DNA of 59,377 bases from an uncultured Lachnospiraceae bacterium. Its GTDB lineage: Bacteria > Bacillota > Clostridia > Oscillospirales > CAG-272. The translations under genes were made by a program, and so were the position numbers. The notes beneath the pieces were generated by a model, which was not told the DNA's origin, made no database searches, and worked only from the letters and a program-made list of their open reading frames with translations. This document shows, piece by piece, positions 20,729-29,996 of the stretch; position 1 is the first letter of the stretch, and each line of letters begins with the position of its first letter. The DNA lies in the NCBI GenBank assembly GCA_964464905.1, contig CAYXHC010000002.1, positions 1-59,377 of the forward strand, written 5' to 3'.

Positions 20729-21335
20729 CCGCCCGATTGCGATGGCGCAATGCCGATCGTAGGAGAGGGGTCTCCCCTCCCGCGTGTGCCCGATTTTGAA
20801 GACAGAACGGGAGGCAAAACGCCTCCCCTACGGATACAACAAAAACGCCTGGGATATCAGGCGTTTTTTGTTTTTTCGATATTTTTCCTAACAGCAGTGA
20901 CACCGTCGCGGCGACGGCGGCGAGGGCAAATGGAATGAACTTGCAGACCGCGAACGCATCAGCGGCGCCTTTTATGCCAAGCGTGCTTTTGATGAACGTG
21001 AACTCGGCTGTTTGCGTGTCCTTTATCAAAAGGGCAATTATTATAACTATCACCGACGCGGCAAGAGTTGCGGCGGCGGATCTTTTCTTTATAAGCAGAA
21101 TGAGCAAAATAACCGATAGTATCACGAGAACGGCAACGGTTATAATGTGCGGCGTGACCTTGCCGATATTGTCCGTTGACGGCGCGAGTTCATAGCCGCC
21201 TTCGGGGAGAGGGGTGATCTTTTGAAGCGCGAGATCAACGTGTGACAGCGGTATGCAGCAGTACATCACGGCACTGGCGACAAATAATACAAACGCCAAA
21301 ATAGAAATAACAAATGCCGAAAATGCCATTTTCAT
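20496..21335 (-). CDS. Hypothetical polytopic membrane protein; the 3' end of the ORF is doubtful
   Basis: The N-terminal ~160 aa form four hydrophobic helices. The ORF then reads through the 20841-20876 terminator and 233 nt of the convergent XRE gene before reaching a stop. Confidence 0.45.
   Translation of the reverse strand: MKMAFSAFVISILAFVLFVASAVMYCCIPLSHVDLALQKITPLPEGGYELAPSTDNIGKVTPHIITVAVLVILSVILLILLIKKRSAAATLAASVIVIIIALLIKDTQTAEFTFIKSTLGIKGAADAFAVCKFIPFALAAVAATVSLLLGKISKKQKTPDIPGVFVVSVGEAFCLPFCLQNRAHAGGETPLLRSALRHRNRAVIVFGRSFRLPQALSRVPRIRGSDLLRVHRQTIPSRRLRSYRDTSTYIPTYHHGTYSNNSVSFAFHRPEKQPRNRSL
20841..20876. terminator. Bidirectional terminator hairpin
   Basis: AAAAACGCCTG(6-nt loop)CAGGCGTTTTTT, flanked by A-runs and T-runs. 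Two further hairpins lie at about 20761-20780 and 20808-20828. Confidence 0.75.
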
Positions 21336-21395
21336 GCCTCCTTCATCAAAATCGGTGCGATTTCAGTATATCATAGTCAGTGTTACTTGCCAAAT

Positions 21396-21410
21396 TGATA
21401 ATAATTATCA
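21396..21410. promoter_or_regulatory. Fur-family 7-1-7 box (perfect)
   Basis: TGATAATAATTATCA, extending to a perfect 17-bp palindrome TTGATAATAATTATCAA at 21395-21411. Confidence 0.75.
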
Positions 21411-21418
21411 AATTCATC

Positions 21419-21447
21419 TTGAAAAATCGAAAGATCGGTGGTATTAT
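21419..21447 (+). promoter_or_regulatory. Sigma-A-type promoter of the fur-family/znu operon
   Basis: TTGAAA, 17-nt spacer, TATTAT. The two Fur-type boxes flank it. Confidence 0.55.
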
Positions 21448-21453
21448 TGAAAA

Positions 21454-21468
21454 TGATAGTGATTATCA
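21454..21468. promoter_or_regulatory. Second Fur-family 7-1-7 box (one mismatch)
   Basis: TGATAGTGATTATCA, immediately downstream of the -10 element. Confidence 0.65.
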
Positions 21469-21487
21469 AAATTAACGTAAGGCAATA

Positions 21488-21901
21488 ATGACAACTATGA
21501 ATAAAATGAAATATTCCACGAAGCCGAGAGCAGCGCTTCTCGGCTTTTTGAAAGCTAACGCAGACAGATGCTTTTCCGTGAAGGACATAATAAACGAAAG
21601 CGGTATTGACGTTGGCGAGGCAACGGTATACCGCACACTCGCCGCTTTCGCGGCGGAGGAGAAGGTGAAAAAATACGTATCCGGCGGACGCGACGGCGCA
21701 CTTTATCAGTACGCAGGGCAGGGTGAATGTGAAAATCACTTTCACCTGCGCTGTATGAAGTGCGGCGAAATATTCCACACGGAATGCCACGTGATCGAAG
21801 ATATGATAGGACACATAGAAAGCGACCACGGCTTTCGCGTTGACGCCGTGCACACCACCATCTACGGCGTGTGCCGTGAATGCGAGGGAACTGAGCTGTG
21901 A
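21488..21901 (+). CDS. Fur-family metalloregulator (Zur-like by context)
   Basis: 137 aa with a winged-helix N-terminus and HFHLRCMKCGEIFH...GVCRECEG Cys pairs. First gene of the znu-like operon. Confidence 0.85.
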   Translation: MTTMNKMKYSTKPRAALLGFLKANADRCFSVKDIINESGIDVGEATVYRTLAAFAAEEKVKKYVSGGRDGALYQYAGQGECENHFHLRCMKCGEIFHTECHVIEDMIGHIESDHGFRVDAVHTTIYGVCRECEGTEL

Positions 21902-22833
21902 AAAAAGCGATATCCATATTGATCCTGACAGCAGTGCTTCTCGCCATCGTTTCCTGCGGTGACGGGGCAGAGGACGACGGAAAGCTCACCGTTGTTGCCA
22001 CGATCTTCCCTCAGTACGATTTCGTCCGCGCCATCGGCGGTGACAAGGTAAACGTCAAAATGCTTTTGTCGCCTGCCGCCGAGAGCCACACCTACGAGCC
22101 GACTCTTGCCGATATGGCGCTTATAAGTGAAGCCGACCTTTTCATCTATACGGGCGGCGGCGTCGACACGTGGGCGGAGGATATCGTCTCGTCCCTCGAT
22201 AAGACGGGTCTTAACAGCTATGCTGTTTCGAGCGCCGTTTCTCCAATATGCGCCGAAGAAGGCGGTCACGACCACGACCATGGCCACGGTCACAATGACG
22301 TGTGTGCCGTTGACGAGCACGTTTGGACGTCGCCCCGAAACGCGATCCTGATATTTGACGGAATACTTGAGCTTATGGTGGAGCTTGATCCCGAAAACGC
22401 CGACACCTATCGCCAACGTGCGGAAGCATACAGAGCCGAGCTTTCTTCCCTTGACGAAGAGCTGACGAAGCTTACGCAGGAAAGCGCGAAAAAGGAGATA
22501 GTCGTTGCCGACAGATTTCCTTTCCTCTATCTGACTGAGCACTACGGACTCAGCTATCACGCCGCCCTTTCGGGCTGCTCCGTGTCGCAGGAGCCAACTG
22601 CAGCAAAGATAGGGGAGCTATGTGATATCGTTATCGAAAAGGGCGTAAAATACGTGTTCATCATAGAAAATTCCGACGGCGCTGCGGCACGGGCCATCTC
22701 GGAGGCAACGGGATGCGGAGTGCTGACCCTGCATTCCTGCCACAACGTGTCGGCGGATGAATTTAGCTCGGGCGTCACCTACGTTTCGCTTATGAGAGTG
22801 AATCTTGAGAATCTGCGCCTTGCATTGGAGTAA
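21898..22833 (+). CDS. znuA: Metal (zinc-type) ABC substrate-binding lipoprotein, cluster A-I
   Basis: The GTG start overlaps the upstream stop. Lipobox LAIVSCG and a His-rich loop EEGGHDHDHGHGHND. Confidence 0.85.
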   Translation: MKKAISILILTAVLLAIVSCGDGAEDDGKLTVVATIFPQYDFVRAIGGDKVNVKMLLSPAAESHTYEPTLADMALISEADLFIYTGGGVDTWAEDIVSSLDKTGLNSYAVSSAVSPICAEEGGHDHDHGHGHNDVCAVDEHVWTSPRNAILIFDGILELMVELDPENADTYRQRAEAYRAELSSLDEELTKLTQESAKKEIVVADRFPFLYLTEHYGLSYHAALSGCSVSQEPTAAKIGELCDIVIEKGVKYVFIIENSDGAAARAISEATGCGVLTLHSCHNVSADEFSSGVTYVSLMRVNLENLRLALE

Positions 22834-22986
22834 ACAGCGTGAAATTGCAGCTTATCTAAATCGAAAGCTCACCGTTTCACGCCCTGATCCCCGCCAAACG
22901 GGCCCCTGACCCGTTAGTCCGCACAAGTGCGGTTCTGAGGATCGCAAAAATATCGATGCCGCCATCGGCGGCGGAACGGAGCTTAA

Positions 22987-23691
22987 ATGGCAGTGATAAC
23001 TTGCAGTAACGCCGCCTTCGGTTACGAAGGCACGGTGGCGGCGGAGAATATCAACATTTCCCTTGAAAAAAGCGATTATCTTTACGTGATCGGTGAAAAC
23101 GGATCCGGTAAATCGACGCTGATAAAGGGACTTTTAGGTCTCATAAAGCCAATTCGCGGAGAAGTCGTCTACGGCGACGGCATCACCGCCGGCAGCATTG
23201 GATATATGCCGCAAAAAACGGAGATACAAAGGGATTTCCCCGCAAGCGTATATGAGATAGTCATTTCGGGATGTCTCGGACGCGGCGGTTTTCGTCCTTT
23301 TTATAGGAAGCGGGACCGCGAACGCACCTGCGAGGCAATGACGGCTCTTCGCATCCACGACATTCAGAATAAAAGCTACCGCGAGCTTTCGGGCGGTCAG
23401 CAGCAGAGAGTGCTTTTGGCACGCGCCCTAGCGGCAACGGGAGACCTGCTCCTTTTGGACGAGCCTGCCGCGGGTCTCGACCCCGTTGTGACGGCAGAGC
23501 TTTATTCCGTTATTGACGAGCTGAACCAAAAGCAAAAGATCACGGTGATAATGGTGTCCCACGATCTTGCCGCCGTTGCAACGGCGGCTACGCACGTTCT
23601 GCATTTGAAAAAACATCCCTTGTTTTACGGCACAAGGGAAGAATATCTTGCCTCTGACACCTGGCGTAATTTTTCCGGCGGCAATGTCTGA
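22987..23691 (+). CDS. znuC: Metal ABC transporter ATP-binding protein
   Basis: 234 aa with [24 protein letters not shown] and LLLDEP. Confidence 0.88.
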   Translation: MAVITCSNAAFGYEGTVAAENINISLEKSDYLYVIGENGSGKSTLIKGLLGLIKPIRGEVVYGDGITAGSIGYMPQKTEIQRDFPASVYEIVISGCLGRGGFRPFYRKRDRERTCEAMTALRIHDIQNKSYRELSGGQQQRVLLARALAATGDLLLLDEPAAGLDPVVTAELYSVIDELNQKQKITVIMVSHDLAAVATAATHVLHLKKHPLFYGTREEYLASDTWRNFSGGNV

Positions 23692-23727
23692 CGCATTTTT
23701 GCATATAAATCTATCGGAGATGATGAT

Positions 23728-24597
23728 ATGACTTTCATTGATATGCTGTTTTCGCCGATCCTTTTCGGCATTATCATCCGTGCTGCAATAGTTGGTGCGC
23801 TGGTATCGCTCTGCGCTTCACTTTTAGGTGTGACGATGGTGCTTCGCCGTATGTCAAATATAGGAGACGGACTTGCCCACGCAGGCTTTGGCGCTCTCGC
23901 CATTGCAACGGTACTCGACGCGACAGGAGAATTTACAATGGAAATATCCATTCCCATTGTAATGCTCACGTCCCTTCTTCTGATGTGGCTGGCAGAACGG
24001 GGGATAATGAGCGGCGACGCCGCCATCGCCGTCGTTTCCACAGGAATGATCACCGTCGGCGTTCTTATATTCAGCTTTACCACCGGCTATACGGCGGATA
24101 TGTGCTCAAGCCTTTTCGGCTCAGCTTCGGTGCTTACGCTCACTGACAAAGACCTTTATCTTTCCATCGGTCTCTCCGTTGCCGTTATCGCGGTGTTTGC
24201 TTTATTTTATAACCGCATCTTTGCCGTTACCTTCGACGAGACCTTCGCCGCAGCAACGGGAATAAAAGCGCGCTTTTACAGTATGATGATCTCGGCGCTC
24301 ACATCAGTGACGGTGGTGGTGGGGCTTAAACTCATCGGCTCCGTTATGATCTCGGCGCTTATCGTTTTTCCCGCATTGACTGCAATGCGTATATGTAAAA
24401 GCTTTCGCGGAGTAATGCTGGCAGCGGTTGTGTTTTCGGTTTCTTGTTTCCTTTTTGGATTTGTTATCTCCTGCTCCTTCGGACTTCCCGCGGGCGCATC
24501 CGTCGTTTTTGTGGACCTTTCGGCGTATATTGCAGTGTCTGCATTCGCCGCTTTGAAGCAATATATGCGGAAGCGTAAGCTTCTGCCGGTGAGCTGA
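23728..24597 (+). CDS. znuB: Metal ABC transporter permease
   Basis: 289-aa polytopic ABC-3 family permease. Confidence 0.85.
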   Translation: MTFIDMLFSPILFGIIIRAAIVGALVSLCASLLGVTMVLRRMSNIGDGLAHAGFGALAIATVLDATGEFTMEISIPIVMLTSLLLMWLAERGIMSGDAAIAVVSTGMITVGVLIFSFTTGYTADMCSSLFGSASVLTLTDKDLYLSIGLSVAVIAVFALFYNRIFAVTFDETFAAATGIKARFYSMMISALTSVTVVVGLKLIGSVMISALIVFPALTAMRICKSFRGVMLAAVVFSVSCFLFGFVISCSFGLPAGASVVFVDLSAYIAVSAFAALKQYMRKRKLLPVS

Positions 24598-24601
24598 CGG
24601 C

Positions 24602-26824
24602 ATGGAGATTTTTAAGAAAAGACCGACGGCTCTTTTGTGCTTCATTTTCATTTTGACGTCGGTGACGCTTGTCACGGCTGACGTATTAACGAAGAAGATC
24701 TTTACCGCTGCGGTGACAGCGGCAGCAGTATTATTCACGGTGCTGTCCTTCTTTTTCGCCGATAAGCTTGCGCGATACCGTATGATGGCAGTTATGTGTG
24801 CTGTGGCTGCCGTATCAGCAGCTTTGATCTCCTGTGCCGCTATAGACGATAAGCGCCGTGTTATCGCATCCGCAGAAGGCTCCGAGACTCATAACGGCAC
24901 CGTTACCGAGGTGTTTTACGAAAAGGTCTACGGCGGTGCGTACGCCGTTCGCGTGAAGGCTCACGGCATCACGTATAAAACATTGCTTGAAACGGAATTT
25001 TCGGCAGGACTCTCCGTTGGCGACGAGATTGAATTTACCGCTGAAACGAAGCTTGTCGAAGATACGCTCGACGGGAAGGACGAGTTATATTATTTAAGCC
25101 GTGGCGTGATTGCATATTCCGGTATTGAGGATAGCGCTGACGTTACCGTTACGGGTGAGAAGAGAGGCGTCGCATCTTTCCTGTCGTCGGTACGGCGGCG
25201 TATAGCGGCGAGGCTGTTCGTTATATCCGAGGCTGTGGGTGGTGACAATGGTATGATGTCCGCGCTGCTGACGGGAGACAGAAGCACGCTTTCTCCCACG
25301 CTTTTGCGGGATTTCAAATATATCGGTGCCGTACATCTGCTTGCGGTCAGCGGTCTTCATCTTTCCGTGCTGATAGGAGGACTCGAAGCTCTGCTGCGCA
25401 AGCTTTTGTTACATAAGAATCTGCGCGTGCTCCTGCTTGTCTTGTCCGTCATCGTTTATATGGGACTGACGGGTTTCTCATCTTCCGTAATGAGAGCGGG
25501 GATTATGCTGATCGTATATTATATGTCGTTTTTCTTTGGCAAGGAACCCGACAGAGTGACCGCCCTTTTCCTTTCGGTCGCCCTTATAATAGCCGCGTCG
25601 CCTTTTGCAGCGGCGGAAACGGGACTGTTACTTTCATTTTCAGCTATGCTTGCCTGCATCTATGCCGATCATGTCGTGACAGGCGCGAGGCCGGAGCGCG
25701 GGAAAACATTTTTAACGTCTCTTTTGACGTCGGTGTATGCACTTATTTTCACTCTTCCCGTAATGTGGATCCGCGTTGGAAACATATCGTGGCTGTCGCC
25801 CCTGGCAACGCTGGTGCTGTCCCTGCCGGTGACCCTGATCCTTTATCTTTCGCCCTTTGCAGTTATCTTTTATAAGATCGCACCCATTTCAGAGCTTTTT
25901 GCCTATCCTGCCGCTTATACTTGCCGTCTCACCGCGCGGTGCGCTGAATTAATGTCAAATGTGGACGGTGCCGTTGTGACTCTGCCTGATGACGGTATTG
26001 TGACTGCTGTTGCTGTTATATTGACGTCGCTGGCTTTGTGCGCTGTCTTAATGTGTAAGCGTAAAACGGCGAAGACGGTGTCGATTTTGCTGTTTACCTT
26101 CGTTATAGCACTTGGCTGTGGAGTCACGGTATATGTGCACAGCACTTCCGAAACGGATATTTCGTATTTCCGTCAAGGCAAAAACGAAGTGATAACGGTA
26201 AGGTCCGGTACCTCCGTGATCGTGTGCGACATTACCGACGGCAGCTACGGTGCAGTTTATGGCGGTGTACGTGAATCGGGAGCTTCATCTATATATCGTA
26301 TCGACGCTTATATGCTGACGCACCTTCATCAAAAGCATATCCGGTCAGTGGGGAAGCTTTGCGGCAGTACGTACGTTGAAAAGCTGCTGATACCGATGCC
26401 TGAAACGAACGATGAATTGCAATACTTCACAGCTATTTCCGCCGTAGCGGAAAGATACGGAGTCCCCGTGGAAACCTATGCTCGCGGCGACGGCATCGCC
26501 TTTGGCAGCGTTTCGATCCGAAGCGACACGGCAACGATAAAGAGGTCAACGCATCCCGTTGTTATACTTTCTGCAGAAAGTCCTCGTGAAGAGTTTCTTT
26601 ACGTTTCGTCTTCGGTTCACGAAAGCGAGCTTCTTTACGAAGCGATGGAGTTTGCCGCCAACGCCAAGAGGATCATTTTCGGCATCCATGGTCCCGTTAT
26701 GAGAAGCAGCGCCGATTACGGTGCGTCTCCGATAGCTTCCGTTACATACGCGAACGGGGAGGTCTACAGCTTCCTCAGTCCCCAAAATCCCACGGAAAAA
26801 TGGGAGATATACGCTGAGAAATAA
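24602..26824 (+). CDS. comEC: ComEC/Rec2-family DNA internalisation channel protein
   Basis: 740 aa with the competence-domain motif LLTGDRSTLSPTLLRDFKYIGAVHLLAVSGLHLSVL and a C-terminal MBL-like region. Confidence 0.85.
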   Translation: MEIFKKRPTALLCFIFILTSVTLVTADVLTKKIFTAAVTAAAVLFTVLSFFFADKLARYRMMAVMCAVAAVSAALISCAAIDDKRRVIASAEGSETHNGTVTEVFYEKVYGGAYAVRVKAHGITYKTLLETEFSAGLSVGDEIEFTAETKLVEDTLDGKDELYYLSRGVIAYSGIEDSADVTVTGEKRGVASFLSSVRRRIAARLFVISEAVGGDNGMMSALLTGDRSTLSPTLLRDFKYIGAVHLLAVSGLHLSVLIGGLEALLRKLLLHKNLRVLLLVLSVIVYMGLTGFSSSVMRAGIMLIVYYMSFFFGKEPDRVTALFLSVALIIAASPFAAAETGLLLSFSAMLACIYADHVVTGARPERGKTFLTSLLTSVYALIFTLPVMWIRVGNISWLSPLATLVLSLPVTLILYLSPFAVIFYKIAPISELFAYPAAYTCRLTARCAELMSNVDGAVVTLPDDGIVTAVAVILTSLALCAVLMCKRKTAKTVSILLFTFVIALGCGVTVYVHSTSETDISYFRQGKNEVITVRSGTSVIVCDITDGSYGAVYGGVRESGASSIYRIDAYMLTHLHQKHIRSVGKLCGSTYVEKLLIPMPETNDELQYFTAISAVAERYGVPVETYARGDGIAFGSVSIRSDTATIKRSTHPVVILSAESPREEFLYVSSSVHESELLYEAMEFAANAKRIIFGIHGPVMRSSADYGASPIASVTYANGEVYSFLSPQNPTEKWEIYAEK

Positions 26825-26851
26825 AAAAGCCTCCTTTATCGGAGGCTTTTT
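26823..26851. terminator. Bidirectional terminator between comEC and the reductase gene
   Basis: AAAAAGCCTCC(6-nt loop)GGAGGCTTTTT. Confidence 0.85.
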
Positions 26852-26861
26852 GCCGCTATTC

Positions 26862-27995
26862 TTATTCGGAAAGTATCTTGCAGACCTTTTCGAGATTTTC
26901 GCGGATAGCGAGACGCTGAGGACACTTATATTCGCAAGCGCCGCAATCGAGACAGTCGTCGAAGGTCTTTCCGCCATGGCGGATATAATCGCGCATCATA
27001 TTCTTTGCGTGATCCTTGAGACCGTATACGTTGTAGTACGTCCACATCTCGAAGATGCGGGGAATGTTTATTTCAGCAGGGCAGGGCTGGCAGTACTTGC
27101 AGCCGGTGCAGTAAAGCTCGGAGAACTTCTTGACCTCTTCCATAGCAACGCCGAGCTGTTCCCATTCTTTCTCTGAGAAAGCGGTGTCGTCGGAGGCGAC
27201 CCTGATATTTTTCTCTACCATATCGAGATTCTGCATACCGGAAAGAGCGCAGTTCAGGTTGGGGTTACCAAGGCAGAACTTGAACGCAAGCTCGTAGGTG
27301 GCGATGGAAGGCTTGCCCGTGAGCTTTGCATAAAGGTCGGTGGGAGCTGCAAGGCGGCCGCCGCCGACAGGACCCATAGCAACGGTGCCGAGACCCTTTT
27401 CGTTAACGTATTTGATCATTTCCTCGTTTGCACGGTCGAGAAGATTGTACTGGCAGAGCATGGATTCCATCTTAACGCCCATGGCTTCCGCGGTGTCAAC
27501 GATGTGTTTGATCGCAGAGGGATGATCGTGGAAGGAGAAGGAGATGTGTCGGATGAGACCCTCTTCCTTTGCCTTCGCGGCTGCTTCAAGAAGTCCTTCA
27601 GGGACGATCTGGGTATCGAAGGTACCGCGGTTGATGCCCCAGAAATGATAGAAATCAACGTGGTCGGTTCCGAGACGTGAGAGGCTGCGCTCAAGGTGCT
27701 TGCGGTATCCGTCGGCACCCATACCCTTGTCCATGGGGCACTTGGTGGATAAAAGGATCTTGTCGCGGAAATTCTTAACTGCATGTCCGAGAGCAGCTTC
27801 GCTGTTGGAATTGCAGTAGTATGGGGCGGTGTCGAAATAGTTTACGCCGTTTTCGTAAGCGTAACCGATCATTTCGTCTACTTTGTCCTGATCAACGAAA
27901 TTCTTTTCGTCCTCTTTGTATTCAGGGAAACGCATACAGCCGAAGCCAAGCGCGGATATCTTTTCTCCGGTCTTTCCAAAATCGCGGTAATTCAT
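26862..27995 (-). CDS. Aldo/keto reductase with a C-terminal 4Fe-4S ferredoxin-type domain
   Basis: 377 aa with N-terminal MNYRDFGKTGEKISALGFGCMRF and C-terminal CTGCKYCQPCP and CLDCGACEYKCP motifs. Confidence 0.85.
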   Translation of the reverse strand: MNYRDFGKTGEKISALGFGCMRFPEYKEDEKNFVDQDKVDEMIGYAYENGVNYFDTAPYYCNSNSEAALGHAVKNFRDKILLSTKCPMDKGMGADGYRKHLERSLSRLGTDHVDFYHFWGINRGTFDTQIVPEGLLEAAAKAKEEGLIRHISFSFHDHPSAIKHIVDTAEAMGVKMESMLCQYNLLDRANEEMIKYVNEKGLGTVAMGPVGGGRLAAPTDLYAKLTGKPSIATYELAFKFCLGNPNLNCALSGMQNLDMVEKNIRVASDDTAFSEKEWEQLGVAMEEVKKFSELYCTGCKYCQPCPAEINIPRIFEMWTYYNVYGLKDHAKNMMRDYIRHGGKTFDDCLDCGACEYKCPQRLAIRENLEKVCKILSE

Positions 27996-28261
27996 AAGGT
28001 TTTCCTCTTTATGCTGTATTTAATTAGCGGCGGTGCCGCGTCGACTATATTATAGCATATAATCGGGTGGATTTGTGACATGGATGAAAACAGTGTTGAC
28101 AAATTGTGAACAATTTATGTTTACAACTGTTTTTTTGCCGCGATCGACGTGCATAGTCACTCACTTTCGGAGGGCAGGACTTTTTTTGCCTTGATCTGTT
28201 GCAAACAGTGGCGAAATATTGTAGAATATAGCGTATCATAAAATTTAAGGAGACTTGTATA

Positions 28262-28531
28262 ATGAAAGCAGTAGTAACTGTTGTAGGTAAGGACAGCGTC
28301 GGCATTATTGCACGCGTTTCCGCTGCTTGTGCCGAGTGTAACGTGAATATAAACGAGATCACTCAGTCAGTGCTTTCCGAGTATTTCGTTATGATCATGA
28401 TCGTGGACGTTGACTCCCTTTCCAAGAGCTTCGACGAATTCAGGATTGAGATCGAAAAGCTCGGTGCTGAAAATTGCCTTGACATCCGCGTGATGCACGA
28501 GGATATCTTCAATTCCATGCACGAGATCTGA
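28262..28531 (+). CDS. ACT-domain protein (UPF0237 family)
   Basis: 89 aa starting MKAVVTVVGKDSVGIIARVS. Forms the classic gene pair with the downstream UPF0210 gene. Confidence 0.85.
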   Translation: MKAVVTVVGKDSVGIIARVSAACAECNVNINEITQSVLSEYFVMIMIVDVDSLSKSFDEFRIEIEKLGAENCLDIRVMHEDIFNSMHEI

Positions 28532-28549
28532 TAAAGGAGCAACACTATT

Positions 28550-29911
28550 ATGCTTAACGTAAAGGCAATAAGGGAAACCGTAAATATGATACGCGAGGAG
28601 AACCTCGACATCAGAACGGTCACTATGGGCATCTCTCTTTACGATTGCCAGAGCGACGATATCGGCCGTCTTTGCAACAAGATCTATGATAAGATCACAA
28701 AAAGTGCAGGCCGTCTTATGTCTGTGACCTCCGAGCTTGAGAGCCGCTACGGTATTCCGATCATAAACAACCGCATATCTGTCACTCCCATCTCGTATAT
28801 GGCAGGTGGTTTTCATTCCACCGATGACCTTATAAAGCTTGCAAAAACACTCGACCGCGCCGCCGAGAGCATCGGTGTGAACCTTATCGGCGGTTACAGT
28901 GCAATGGTGCAGAAGGGCGCAACTAACGGTGCTGACCTTCTGATAGAAAGCATCCCGGAGGCTCTCGCTGAGACCGACCGCGTTTGCTCATCTGTGAACG
29001 TCGCCTCCACCAAGGCGGGTATCAATATGGATGCCGTTGCCAAGATGGGGACCATCGTGAAGCGTGCCGCAATGCTCACGAAGGACCGCGATTCCATCGG
29101 CGCAACAAAGCTTGTCGTTTTCGCAAACGTTCCCGAGGATAACCCCTTTATGGCGGGCGCATTCCATGGCACGGGCGAGCCCGAGCGCGTTATCAACGTG
29201 GGCGTATCAGGTCCCGGTGTCGTTGCCGCCGCCATCAAGCGTGCGGGCGACTGCGACCTTACCGCTATCGCAGAAACTATCAAGCGTACCGCTTTCAAGA
29301 TAACACGTGTGGGTCAGCTAATCGCAACGGAAGCGTCCAAAATGCTTGACGTTCCCTTCGGTATCGTAGACCTTTCTCTCGCACCCACTCCTGCTATCGG
29401 CGACTCCGTTGCATATATCCTTGAGGAGATAGGACTTGAGCGCTGCGGCGCTTGCGGCACCACCGCAGCTCTCGCAATGCTGAACGACGCCGTGAAGAAG
29501 GGCGGCGTTATGGCAAGCTCCCATGTGGGCGGTCTTTCCGGCGCTTTCATTCCCGTTTCCGAGGATGCAGGTATGATTGAAGCCGCGTCCATAGGCGCAC
29601 TTACTCTTGAAAAGCTCGAGGCTATGACGGCAGTATGCTCCGTCGGTCTTGATATGATCGCCATCCCCGGCGATACCCCCGACGAGGTGATCTCCGGCAT
29701 CATCGCCGACGAGATCGCCATCGGCGTCGTGAACAATAAAACGACGGCTGTTCGCCTCATTCCCGCCATCGGCAAGACTATCGGCGACGAGGTGAACTAC
29801 GGCGGACTTTTCGGCAGAGCACCCGTTATGCCCGTGAATACCTATTCCCCTGCGCGTTTCATCGGCCGCGGCGGTCGTATTCCCGCACCTATCCATAGTC
29901 TCAGAAACTGA
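28550..29911 (+). CDS. UPF0210/DUF711-family protein
   Basis: 453 aa with N-terminal [24 protein letters not shown], typical of this family. Confidence 0.85.
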   Translation: MLNVKAIRETVNMIREENLDIRTVTMGISLYDCQSDDIGRLCNKIYDKITKSAGRLMSVTSELESRYGIPIINNRISVTPISYMAGGFHSTDDLIKLAKTLDRAAESIGVNLIGGYSAMVQKGATNGADLLIESIPEALAETDRVCSSVNVASTKAGINMDAVAKMGTIVKRAAMLTKDRDSIGATKLVVFANVPEDNPFMAGAFHGTGEPERVINVGVSGPGVVAAAIKRAGDCDLTAIAETIKRTAFKITRVGQLIATEASKMLDVPFGIVDLSLAPTPAIGDSVAYILEEIGLERCGACGTTAALAMLNDAVKKGGVMASSHVGGLSGAFIPVSEDAGMIEAASIGALTLEKLEAMTAVCSVGLDMIAIPGDTPDEVISGIIADEIAIGVVNNKTTAVRLIPAIGKTIGDEVNYGGLFGRAPVMPVNTYSPARFIGRGGRIPAPIHSLRN

Positions 29912-29960
29912 CAAAATACAAGAATACCGCTGCTTCGTCCTCGGCATCCCCAATTAAACG

Positions 29961-29996
29961 AAAACACCGCATTTTGAATTTGCGGTGTTTTTTGTT
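29961..29996. terminator. Terminator hairpin shared by convergent genes
   Basis: AAAACACCGCA(9-nt loop)TGCGGTGTTTTTTG. Confidence 0.8.

Noticed and set aside
28045-28362. 105-aa minus-strand ORF overlapping the promoter and start of the ACT-domain gene.
   Set aside because: It overlaps a well-supported gene and its promoter (TTGCAA, 17 nt, TAGAAT), and has no RBS or recognisable domain.
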